From NCBI GenBank assembly GCA_046540835.1, contig JBKHEL010000002.1:1723-65722 (forward strand): a stretch of 64,000 nt of DNA. The letters run 5' to 3'. This DNA is from Opitutales bacterium (GTDB lineage Bacteria > Verrucomicrobiota > Verrucomicrobiia > Opitutales > Coraliomargaritaceae). The notes below the pieces were generated by a model. The model made no database searches. It was not told the DNA's origin and saw nothing but the letters and a program-made list of their open reading frames with translations. Numbering within the stretch: position 1 is the stretch's first letter; the number at the start of each line of letters is the position of its first letter. Positions 22,373 to 30,507 of the stretch are shown piece after piece. The position numbers and the translations under genes were made by a program.

Positions 22373-22783
22373 CTAGCTTCGTTTTTTTGTCAGTCCTTCG
22401 GCGCTCTTAATATTTGTCACCGTTGCCTGGGATACACCGTATTTGTCCTGTGCATCTTTGATTTTCATGCCGTTTCTGAGGTCTTCGGCCAGTGCCTGGC
22501 GCTGCTCGTCTGTTAAGACCACGCGCTTGCGGGAACCTTTCCCTTGTTTTTTTGGCGCCGTGCGGCCCCGCTTCGAGCCACTTTTGCGTTCAAGCACTTC
22601 ATCCACGGTCATCTGGATGCCCCGCTTCGACATATCTTTTACGATTTTTTGCGCGTCGATAATATCCGAAGCAGCCGAGTCGACGACCTTTTTTGCGGCC
22701 TCTGTAGCCTCATTGATGAGCGAGTAGGTTGGGCTCACCCCGGTTGGTAACTTGATGTTGATTTTGAGTGTTCGTTTTGCCAT
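22373..22783 (-). CDS. Small basic protein with C-terminal helix-turn-helix
   Basis: LTDEQRQALAEDLRNGMKIKDAQDKYGVSQATVTNIK resembles an HTH; K+R about 22% by hand count. Confidence 0.75.
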   Translation of the reverse strand: MAKRTLKINIKLPTGVSPTYSLINEATEAAKKVVDSAASDIIDAQKIVKDMSKRGIQMTVDEVLERKSGSKRGRTAPKKQGKGSRKRVVLTDEQRQALAEDLRNGMKIKDAQDKYGVSQATVTNIKSAEGLTKKRS

Positions 22784-22862
22784 AATAGTTGTTAAGAATC
22801 CTGAATGTTTATGGTTCTATTTGGCCCCGTCAAATTATTTTTTAATTTCTTTATGATAAATT

Positions 22863-23654
22863 ATGCTTCTGAGCTTAGCCCAATATCGTGTTGCACGGGG
22901 TGATGTGGCGACAAATTTAAAAAGTATCGATACTTTTGCTGCCGAAGCAGCAAAAGCCGGATCGGCCTTACTTTGTCTGCCGGAAATGGCGACGACGGGA
23001 TTTGATTGGGCGCGTAACCGTGAACTGTGCAAGGATGCGTGCCGGCACCTGGAGCAGGTCGGTCAGATCAGCCGTAGCCGGGGGATATCCCTATGCGGCT
23101 CATTTTTGGAGCGCACCGAATCCGGAGGGATGGCGAATACGCTTTTTTATTTTTCCCGGGAGGGAAAGGTGGTTGGTCAGTATAGAAAAATCCACTTGTT
23201 TACACTTTTTCATGAAGAGCGCCATGTGGAGGCAGGCGATGCGGTTTGTGTAGCCGACACTGACGAGGGAAAGGTCGGATTCGCTGTTTGTTATGATTTG
23301 CGCTTTCCTGAACTTTTCAGGAAAAACACGGAAATGGGTGCGTGCTTGCAGCTGCTGCCGTCTGCTTTTCCGCACCCGCGTCTAGCGCACTGGCAAACGC
23401 TGGTGCGTGCCCGGGCGATTGAAAACCAATGTCTATTTGTCGCGGTCAACCAATGCGGCCCCGAGGGGCACGCGGGGAATGTCGGGCGTGTGCACTATTT
23501 CGGGCACTCCATGGTCGTCGACCCCTGGGGCGATATTTTGTTTGAAGCGGGTGAGGCGGAGGGCCTTTTTTCGGTTGAGGTGGACCTCAATGAGGTCGAG
23601 CGGATTCGCTCCAAGTTGACGGCCTGGCAGGACCGTCGGCCCGAGTTATATTGA
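22863..23654 (+). CDS. Nitrilase-superfamily carbon-nitrogen hydrolase (omega-amidase/Nit-like)
   Basis: Glu-Lys-Cys triad: LPEM, YRKIHLF, VCYDLRFPE; GHSMVVDPWG. Confidence 0.9.
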   Translation: MLLSLAQYRVARGDVATNLKSIDTFAAEAAKAGSALLCLPEMATTGFDWARNRELCKDACRHLEQVGQISRSRGISLCGSFLERTESGGMANTLFYFSREGKVVGQYRKIHLFTLFHEERHVEAGDAVCVADTDEGKVGFAVCYDLRFPELFRKNTEMGACLQLLPSAFPHPRLAHWQTLVRARAIENQCLFVAVNQCGPEGHAGNVGRVHYFGHSMVVDPWGDILFEAGEAEGLFSVEVDLNEVERIRSKLTAWQDRRPELY

Positions 23655-23657
23655 GCG

Positions 23658-24320
23658 CTATTCTGCGGTGACTTTTTCGATGAATTCCGCGCGATCCGCC
23701 GCTTTGAAAAAGGCGGTCCCGGCGACAAAGGTGTCCGCCCCGCGTTCCCTGCAGAGCGGTGCCGTTTCGACGTCGAGGCCTCCGTCAACTTCGATGCGGT
23801 AGCTGAGTTGCCGCTCTTGACGAAGCGCGGCCAGCCGGGCGATTTTCGGGAGCACGTCCTTGCGGAAGCTTTGGCCCCCGAAGCCCGGCTGAACGGTCAT
23901 GAGCAGAACGATGTCACAGCAATGCAGGAAGGGCTCGGCAGCCTCAGCGGGTGTGTCCGGATTGAGCACGACGCCCCTTTGACAACCTTTGGCCCGGATC
24001 GCTTCGAGTGTGTCCGCGACAGGGTAGTGGGGTTCGACGTGAATGGTGATCTGGTCGGCTCCCGCATCGGCGAAGGCATCGATGTATTCGTGCGGATTAT
24101 CGAGCATGAGGTGGACATCGAAAAAGAGCTTCGAGTCCGGGCGCAGGGCCTGGATACTCTGGGGGCCGAAACTCAGATTCGGGACGAAATGACCGTCCAT
24201 GATGTCCAAATGCACCCAAGAGAGGTTTGCCGCTTCAATCTCGTGCAAACTCGCCCTGAGATTTCCATGGTCTCCGGCGAGGAGGGAAGGTGCCAAAAGG
24301 TTTCGGTGTTGATGGCTCAT
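23658..24320 (-). CDS. rpe: Ribulose-phosphate 3-epimerase
   Basis: LAPSLLAGD, HLDIMDGHFVPNLSFG, DVHLM, MTVQPGFGGQSF, IEVDGG. Confidence 0.95.
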   Translation of the reverse strand: MSHQHRNLLAPSLLAGDHGNLRASLHEIEAANLSWVHLDIMDGHFVPNLSFGPQSIQALRPDSKLFFDVHLMLDNPHEYIDAFADAGADQITIHVEPHYPVADTLEAIRAKGCQRGVVLNPDTPAEAAEPFLHCCDIVLLMTVQPGFGGQSFRKDVLPKIARLAALRQERQLSYRIEVDGGLDVETAPLCRERGADTFVAGTAFFKAADRAEFIEKVTAE

Positions 24321-24442
24321 GTTCGCGAGCATGGAATAAGAGGGGCCAAATTGGCAAGCCATACCGTGTGCCACCGGGTTTTTGGGAAACGTGGCAACCC
24401 GGGAGGCGGGGCATCTTGCCTTGCACGTTTAATTGAAACCCC

Positions 24443-25402
24443 TCAAAAGTTATCGAAGATTTTCAGGTAGTTTCCATAGATTTGGAAGATTTGAACGATC
24501 ACCAGAGCGGCAACTCCCAGCAGGATAAGGGTCGGGTAGAGGATCGACGCGTAAGTCATCGCCCGGTTGGCCTGTTCCTGGAAGTGCTTCCCGGCCCGCA
24601 GCATGTTTTCGTCGAGGTGGCTGCTTCGCACGCCTGCTTTGTATTCGGAGCGGAACGTTTCGGGAAACAGGCTGAGCGAGTCGAGCGCATCGGCGGGCTC
24701 GAGTCCTTTTTCAAAAATTGGCTCGAGCTGTTGAAGTGCCTGACGGAATCTTCGATCTGCTGACAGATCGGTGCTGAGGCGCCAGGCCGCCGGTGCCGGG
24801 ACGCCCGCATGAATGAAGGTGCCGAGTGCGTGCGTGAAGTCGGCCATCGCCTGCATCCGGCTGTAGCGGCGCAGAAGGGGGAATACGCGGAGGATCTTCG
24901 AGAGGACCGGGTGTTGGCTCCGCGCCAGGAGGTAGGTGGCGAAGAGGAGCGCCCAAACGGGCAGAAGCAAGCAAGCGACCTGTATCGCATAGGCCCGGGC
25001 ATCCCAGATAAAGCCGACCTCGTAGTCGATCATCCGGGTGAGCGGCAGGAGCAGCGCGGCCGCGTGAAAGACGCCAAGCGGATAGAGCAGGCCGAGGGCG
25101 ACTTTGAGCTGGATGGCTCCGACGCGTGCGTGACGCTCGGCCAGCTGTTTCAGCGTTTGCGGCAGGCGGGCGGTGTGCATGGCGGCGGCGATGAAAAGCC
25201 GGTCCGGCTGCGGGAGCCAGCGCGGGGCGTGCTTGAGCACTTCTTCGATGGGCGCACCGGATTCGATACGCTGCGCAAGGTTCTCACGGGCGTCGGCGGG
25301 CATGCCTGTGCTCAGCCTGAGTGCCTCTGCCAGCATCACGCCCGCCTCCATCTGCTGGCCGAGTCGGGTATACCAGTGCGCGAGTTGCTGATGTGATGCC
25401 AT
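24443..25402 (-). CDS. Type II secretion/type IV pilus platform protein (GspF/PilC-like), divergent
   Basis: Two T2SSF-like halves (AGVMLAEAL..IESG; AGVPAPAAW..EKG), each followed by a TM helix with a YP motif. Confidence 0.7.
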   Translation of the reverse strand: MASHQQLAHWYTRLGQQMEAGVMLAEALRLSTGMPADARENLAQRIESGAPIEEVLKHAPRWLPQPDRLFIAAAMHTARLPQTLKQLAERHARVGAIQLKVALGLLYPLGVFHAAALLLPLTRMIDYEVGFIWDARAYAIQVACLLLPVWALLFATYLLARSQHPVLSKILRVFPLLRRYSRMQAMADFTHALGTFIHAGVPAPAAWRLSTDLSADRRFRQALQQLEPIFEKGLEPADALDSLSLFPETFRSEYKAGVRSSHLDENMLRAGKHFQEQANRAMTYASILYPTLILLGVAALVIVQIFQIYGNYLKIFDNF

Positions 25403-25419
25403 GGAGATGGATTATCGGA

Positions 25420-27876
25420 TCAACGGTGCCGAGTCGAGCGTTGTTGGGGCGTGAGTGGTGGCAGATTTTCAAAGGGCGAGGCCGGTTTGCGGCTGCCGAT
25501 GAAGTCGCTGCAAGCCTGCTTGAGCTCCATCCAGCGGGTCCATTCGAGGTCCGGGGCATGCGCTACATGGGTGCAGAGGCTACGCCACTCGATCTGGGCC
25601 CGCTCGATATCGCCCCGGCTTAATTCATCATCGAGATAGTCGTCGATCCGGCGGCTACGGCGTTCGAGGTTATAGAGGATCTCACTGGCACCTTCGCCGT
25701 AGTCCTCCGGAAGTCCCCCCCGCAGATAGCCTGTTATGTTGGCGCTGCCGAAGGTTTCCTGACAAAACTGGGTCAGCGGTCGCCCGGCGAGAGCCAGGGC
25801 GTTGAAGCGATGGCCGGACCGGATGTTGGCGAGATCATAGAGGAGCTCTTCGATCGGGTAGCGCCCCGCTTCAAGCCCGGCGGCGATGGCCAGCCCTTCG
25901 CCATGGTTGAAGAAGGAGAAGATCAGGCCCCGGCGGGTGGGCCGGGCCTGCCGATCAATCAGCCCCAGTTGGTGCCATTGCTCGGCGACGGAGCGATTTG
26001 CATGGAAGAGCGGCTTTTCGCTGCTGCCTGTTCTACCGCTACCAGGGATTTCGCGACTGCGCTCGTGCGGGTTGAGCAAGGCTTTGCCGTGAAGGTCGTG
26101 ATAAGCGTGCATCCGGGCACCGTCGTATTCGAGTAAGGCGCAGAGTTCGTTGCCTTCCGCTGTGAGCCGGACGGCGCGTCCGCCGTGGGTGTGGTCGCCG
26201 ATGATGGGGACGAGTTGGCGCTCGATTTTGTCGAGCGTCCAAAGTTTCGGGACGTTGGGCCGCTTCCCCTCCGCGCGGGCCGCTTCCCGGAGGCTTCGGA
26301 CGAGCCATTTCGCCAGGGTCAGGCGGTCTTCGTCGCCGGCTCTCGGGAACTGTGCCAGCGGGAGTTTCAGACCATAGCGCTTGTCGGCACCGTGTCCTAT
26401 TTTCCAGATGCGGCCCAGCCGAAGACTGGCGAGGATTTTGGGATGCGAGAGCGCCGGGACCCAGGTGTCGCCGACCCGCATCAAACAGTCGATCAATGGG
26501 GTCGGGCTCAGCGCCCGTTTCCGTTCCCAGACGCCCTCGCTGTTTTGAAACTCGCGTATGGCACCCCCGGAGAGCATCTGATCGTCGGGCTTCCGGGCGG
26601 GTGGCTGCGGGGTGGATTTGCGGTGCTGAAGAAAGTTTTCCAACCCGAGGACGATGGGGCGCTCACTGAAAAGCTGTCGCGTGAGCGTCCGCGTTGCTTC
26701 GAGCGGACACGAACCGGATTCTGCGGCCAGGTGCAGGACTGTGAGCAGGGAGGGCCAGTCGACATTTTGATCGCGCTGGAGTCGCAGCTGTCGAGCTTCG
26801 CTGAGCCGCGGGGTGCCCGTGGTGTGCAGTGCATACCCGCAGTGGTCGAGGCCGCGCCGTCCCGCGCGGCCAAACATCTGCAGCAGTTCATCCGGTCGCA
26901 GGCGGCGGTGGGTTTCGGCGATACGGTATTCATTATCCGAGATCAGCACCGAGCGCATGGCGAAGTTTATTCCTGCCGCGAGGCCCGTGGTGGCGACGAT
27001 GACGTCGAGTTGGTTGGCCTTGGCCAGGGGCTCGACAAGAGCCGCCCGTTGAGCGTAGCTCATCCCGCTGTGGTGGAAAGCGATGCGCTGTTTCAGGCAG
27101 GCGCTCAGCCGGGATCCGGCGATTGCTTTTTGCTCCGATGTGAGGGCGATTGGGTCGGCCACCTCCAGCTGCCCGCTCAGTTTGAGCGCGAGTGTCTCCG
27201 CCGCCCGGCGGCGAGGGGCAAAGAGCAGGATGGGTCCCAGCCCCGCTTGTAGTGCCCGCGCCACGTAGCGCGGCCAGCGCCCCTGAACCGTGCTGTTCTC
27301 GGGTAGTCCGGGCAGGGCGTCGAGCGCTGGTTCCTCAAGCGGCACGGGCCTTTCCCGGTGCTGCACAAGCTGGACGGAGCGGTTGAGCCGCCCGAGCCAC
27401 TCCTTTACTTCGGTGGCATTGGCCACGCTACCGCTAAGTAGTAGGAGGCGGGTCTGCGGGGGAGCCATGGCCAGAGCCAGTTCGTAATTTACGCCGCGCG
27501 CCGGATCGCTGAGCATTTGGTATTCGTCGATGACCAACAGCTGCGGTCCCTGAGCCTGCATCAGTTTGCGCTTTTGCGTTTCCAGCGTCGCGACGACGAC
27601 CGGTGCGTCGGTGCGGTAACTGATGTCGCCGGTCTCGATACCGACCCGCCAGCCGCGGGCCTCCCACTCGCGATACTTATCGTTGGCCAGAGCACGGGTC
27701 GGCACGGTGAAGACGCTCTTGCGGAATAGCCCCTGTTCGACCAGCAGCTCAAAGATGAAGGTTTTCCCGCTCCCTGTCGGGGCATCAATGATCACATCGT
27801 GCTCTGCCGCCAAGAGGTTGACTGCCCTTTGTTGCCATAGGTCCGGCACCGTCAAAGCTGTCGCAAGTCCATCCAC
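25420..27876 (-). CDS. Ski2-like superfamily 2 helicase
   Basis: APTGSGKT, PTRALANDKY..W, VIDEYQ, LSGS, AFHHSGM, TTGLAAGIN, QMFGRAGRRG. Confidence 0.85.
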   Translation of the reverse strand: MDGLATALTVPDLWQQRAVNLLAAEHDVIIDAPTGSGKTFIFELLVEQGLFRKSVFTVPTRALANDKYREWEARGWRVGIETGDISYRTDAPVVVATLETQKRKLMQAQGPQLLVIDEYQMLSDPARGVNYELALAMAPPQTRLLLLSGSVANATEVKEWLGRLNRSVQLVQHRERPVPLEEPALDALPGLPENSTVQGRWPRYVARALQAGLGPILLFAPRRRAAETLALKLSGQLEVADPIALTSEQKAIAGSRLSACLKQRIAFHHSGMSYAQRAALVEPLAKANQLDVIVATTGLAAGINFAMRSVLISDNEYRIAETHRRLRPDELLQMFGRAGRRGLDHCGYALHTTGTPRLSEARQLRLQRDQNVDWPSLLTVLHLAAESGSCPLEATRTLTRQLFSERPIVLGLENFLQHRKSTPQPPARKPDDQMLSGGAIREFQNSEGVWERKRALSPTPLIDCLMRVGDTWVPALSHPKILASLRLGRIWKIGHGADKRYGLKLPLAQFPRAGDEDRLTLAKWLVRSLREAARAEGKRPNVPKLWTLDKIERQLVPIIGDHTHGGRAVRLTAEGNELCALLEYDGARMHAYHDLHGKALLNPHERSREIPGSGRTGSSEKPLFHANRSVAEQWHQLGLIDRQARPTRRGLIFSFFNHGEGLAIAAGLEAGRYPIEELLYDLANIRSGHRFNALALAGRPLTQFCQETFGSANITGYLRGGLPEDYGEGASEILYNLERRSRRIDDYLDDELSRGDIERAQIEWRSLCTHVAHAPDLEWTRWMELKQACSDFIGSRKPASPFENLPPLTPQQRSTRHR

Positions 27877-28032
27877 AAATTCCAGAATCGCGCCAAACTC
27901 AGCCGGTGTAAAGCGCCGGGTGCCGATTTGCTGTTCAGCAAAAGAACCGGCGAGGGTGCTCCCCGGGAAAAGCAGTTTTTGGATCGAATCACCTTATTCC
28001 GGCAAGCGCATCAACCGAAGAAAGCGAGTTCG

Positions 28033-29010
28033 CTATGAGGCCTCGCGCAGTCCGACCATTCGCTGTCGCTCGACATCCCAGACTTTCAGTTTCAGGCAAC
28101 GGAGGATCTCTGCGGGCTTCAAAGAAGTCACTTTCGGCGACTGCAATTCCGGCATCGCGCTGTAGACCTCGGGCAGCCGATAGAAGGGGATTTTCGCGTT
28201 GAGGTGGTGGATGTGATGGTAGCCGATATTTCCTGTGAAGTAGTGCATGAGCGGGCTCATCCGGCAAAAGCTGGAGGAGAGAAGGGCGGCACCTTCGTAA
28301 GTCCAGCCATCTTTATCGATATAAGTGACCTCAGGGAAGTTATGCTGCGCGTAGAAGAGATAAGCCCCGATGGCACTGGCGACGAAAAATGGGATAAACA
28401 GGGCGAACAATGCCGTGGACCAACCAAAGAAAAAGATAAGGTAAGCGTAGAGCGCTCCGTGAAGTGCCAGAGCGAGAATCGAGTCCCTGTGCTTCTTCGG
28501 GTCTTCGAGTGCGGGAGCGAGGCTCATGCCGAGGAGGAATACGCTGAAATAGCCGCAGAGGATGGTCAGTGGGTGGCGCACCGCGAGGTATTTGATCCGC
28601 TCGCTGCGGGAAGAGTTCTCAAAGCGTTCAACGGTCATGACCGGATAGGAGCCGATGTGTGCGCTGCGGATCTTTGAATTGTGGTTGTGGTGGTGGTTGT
28701 GCGAATGGTTCCAAATGCTGTTCGGCGTCAGAGAAAAGATGCCCCAAAACCGCATGAACAGAGCGGCGGGTTTCGACTTCGGCAGGATCGCGTGATGTTG
28801 ATGGTCGTGGTAGATAACGAACATCCTGAGGAAAAAAAGCCCGGCGAGGATGGATGCTGCGGATTGAGCGATCCAATGCGGCAGGAGAACAGCTGCCGAA
28901 ACCGTCAGCAGGTAAGCACAAAAAGTGGAAAGAATAACCCACCAGCTGCGGCTGCTTTGATCACCGGTGTAGATCCGGGTGGCGAGGATGAGTTCTTTTC
29001 CTGTTCGCAT
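28033..29010 (-). CDS. Membrane fatty acid desaturase
   Basis: Three His boxes HDHQH, HNHHH, HHIHH; LFYAQHNF; KIPFYRL. Confidence 0.9.
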   Translation of the reverse strand: MRTGKELILATRIYTGDQSSRSWWVILSTFCAYLLTVSAAVLLPHWIAQSAASILAGLFFLRMFVIYHDHQHHAILPKSKPAALFMRFWGIFSLTPNSIWNHSHNHHHNHNSKIRSAHIGSYPVMTVERFENSSRSERIKYLAVRHPLTILCGYFSVFLLGMSLAPALEDPKKHRDSILALALHGALYAYLIFFFGWSTALFALFIPFFVASAIGAYLFYAQHNFPEVTYIDKDGWTYEGAALLSSSFCRMSPLMHYFTGNIGYHHIHHLNAKIPFYRLPEVYSAMPELQSPKVTSLKPAEILRCLKLKVWDVERQRMVGLREAS

Positions 29011-29024
29011 GGCGTGGAGTGTTG

Positions 29025-29058
29025 AAAAAAAAGCTCCCTCGCGGACTGCGAGGGAGCT
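29025..29058 (-). terminator. Intrinsic terminator after cspA
   Basis: 11-bp stem agctccctcgc/gcgagggagct, 5-nt loop, A8 on + strand (U8 on transcript). Confidence 0.85.
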
Positions 29059-29082
29059 GTTACCAAAAATTCGTCTGATAGA

Positions 29083-29286
29083 CTAAGCGGGTTTTACTTG
29101 CGAAGCGCAAGGGCCTTTGGGACCGCTGCCGACTTCGAATTCCACTTTTTGTCCGTCTTCCAGTGAGGCGTAGCCGTCCATTTGAATTTCTGAATGATGG
29201 ACAAAGAGATCTTTGCTACCGTCTTCTGGTTGGATGAATCCGTAGCCTTTTTCGGCGTCGAACCATTTTACTGTTCCTGTACTCAT
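29083..29286 (-). CDS. cspA: Cold-shock protein
   Basis: 67 aa; [15 protein letters not shown] (RNP1), DLFVHHSEI (RNP2). Paralog naming uncertain. Confidence 0.95.
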   Translation of the reverse strand: MSTGTVKWFDAEKGYGFIQPEDGSKDLFVHHSEIQMDGYASLEDGQKVEFEVGSGPKGPCASQVKPA

Positions 29287-29431
29287 ATACTGATGTTGAT
29301 TTACTGTTACTGATACAATACCGGCCGTTTGCTGGTGTTGTATTTACAGGCGTATCCGAGAAAAGGACGACTGTCGCTATAAATCTTCAGTTTTTTTGAG
29401 GTGCGAAGAAAAGAGTCCAGCGTGGCGCCGC

Positions 29432-30397
29432 TTATCCGGCTTTATTGGATTCGTCGATGATGGCTTGGATGCGATTCAGAGTCTCCCCATCCAGACGGTC
29501 TACGGCATCCAGGGCTTTGACATTGTCCTCGACTTGACTCGCTTTGGAGGCGCCGATTATTGCCGTGCTAACGGCTGGGTCTTTGATGCACCAGGCAAGC
29601 GCCAAGTGATTTAGCGCAATTCCCTGTTCGTCGCCGAGGGCTTGGAGTGCCTGAACTGTAGCAAGCGACTGAGGGTTTCGTAAACTCTGCATCCACTTGT
29701 CACCTTTGGCAATGGCGCTGTCCGCCGGAATGCCATCGTTGTATTTGCCGGTCAACAGGCCCACAGCCATGGGAGAGTAAATCGTGGTGCCCAACCCGTA
29801 TTTTTCAATGAGTGGCTTGAGTTCGCCGTGGACACGCCTGGTGTGAAGCAAGCTGTGGTTTGTCTGCTCCATAGCCGGACCGACCAACCGGTCCCGACGG
29901 GCTATCTCCATCATTTCCTGGATGTCTGAAGCCGGGAATTCACTCGTTCCCCAGTAAAAAATTTTACCCCGCCCGATGAGTTCATTCATCGTGTGGACGA
30001 TTTCCTCCAGAGGCGTATCCGGATCGGGGCGATGGCAGAAAAAGAGGTCGAGGTAGTCCAGCCCCATACGCTTCAAGGCCCCGTCACATGCTTCCACAAG
30101 GTGTTTGCGCGAGAGCCCGCGTTGCGTCGCGGCTTCACCGATATGCATGACTTTACTCGAGACGATAAAGCTGTCGCGCGGCCATTTGACCTCTCGAAAA
30201 ACCTTCCCCATGGCATTTTCCGCAGCCCCCAGCCCATAGACTTCAGCACCGTCAAAAAAATTAATACCGAGGTCGTATGCCTTGCGCATGCATTGATCGC
30301 AGATGTCCTGACTCTCTTCCTGGCCGTAGGTCCTCCATGATCCCAGCGAAAGTGCGCTGACTTGAAGTCCCGTATTTCCTAGTTTTTTATATATCAT
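29432..30397 (-). CDS. Aldo/keto reductase (Kv-beta/AKR6-like)
   Basis: GLQVSALSLGSW, NFFDGAEVYG, SSKV, GLSRKHLVEAC, DLFFCHRPD, YWGTSE, IIGASK. Confidence 0.92.
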   Translation of the reverse strand: MIYKKLGNTGLQVSALSLGSWRTYGQEESQDICDQCMRKAYDLGINFFDGAEVYGLGAAENAMGKVFREVKWPRDSFIVSSKVMHIGEAATQRGLSRKHLVEACDGALKRMGLDYLDLFFCHRPDPDTPLEEIVHTMNELIGRGKIFYWGTSEFPASDIQEMMEIARRDRLVGPAMEQTNHSLLHTRRVHGELKPLIEKYGLGTTIYSPMAVGLLTGKYNDGIPADSAIAKGDKWMQSLRNPQSLATVQALQALGDEQGIALNHLALAWCIKDPAVSTAIIGASKASQVEDNVKALDAVDRLDGETLNRIQAIIDESNKAG

Positions 30398-30507
30398 CAA
30401 TGTAAGGATGTTCTGCGCACCCACGCTGTCAAAAAATAAAAGGAGCTGTCCACTGGGGCAGACGGTTTCCAGACCTGCGATATCAACACCTCTTCGAGGG
30501 AAATGAA

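Noticed and set aside
24350-24375. Sigma-54-like site upstream of rpe (TGGCACACGGTATGG)
   Set aside because: The -12 position is GG rather than the near-invariant GC.
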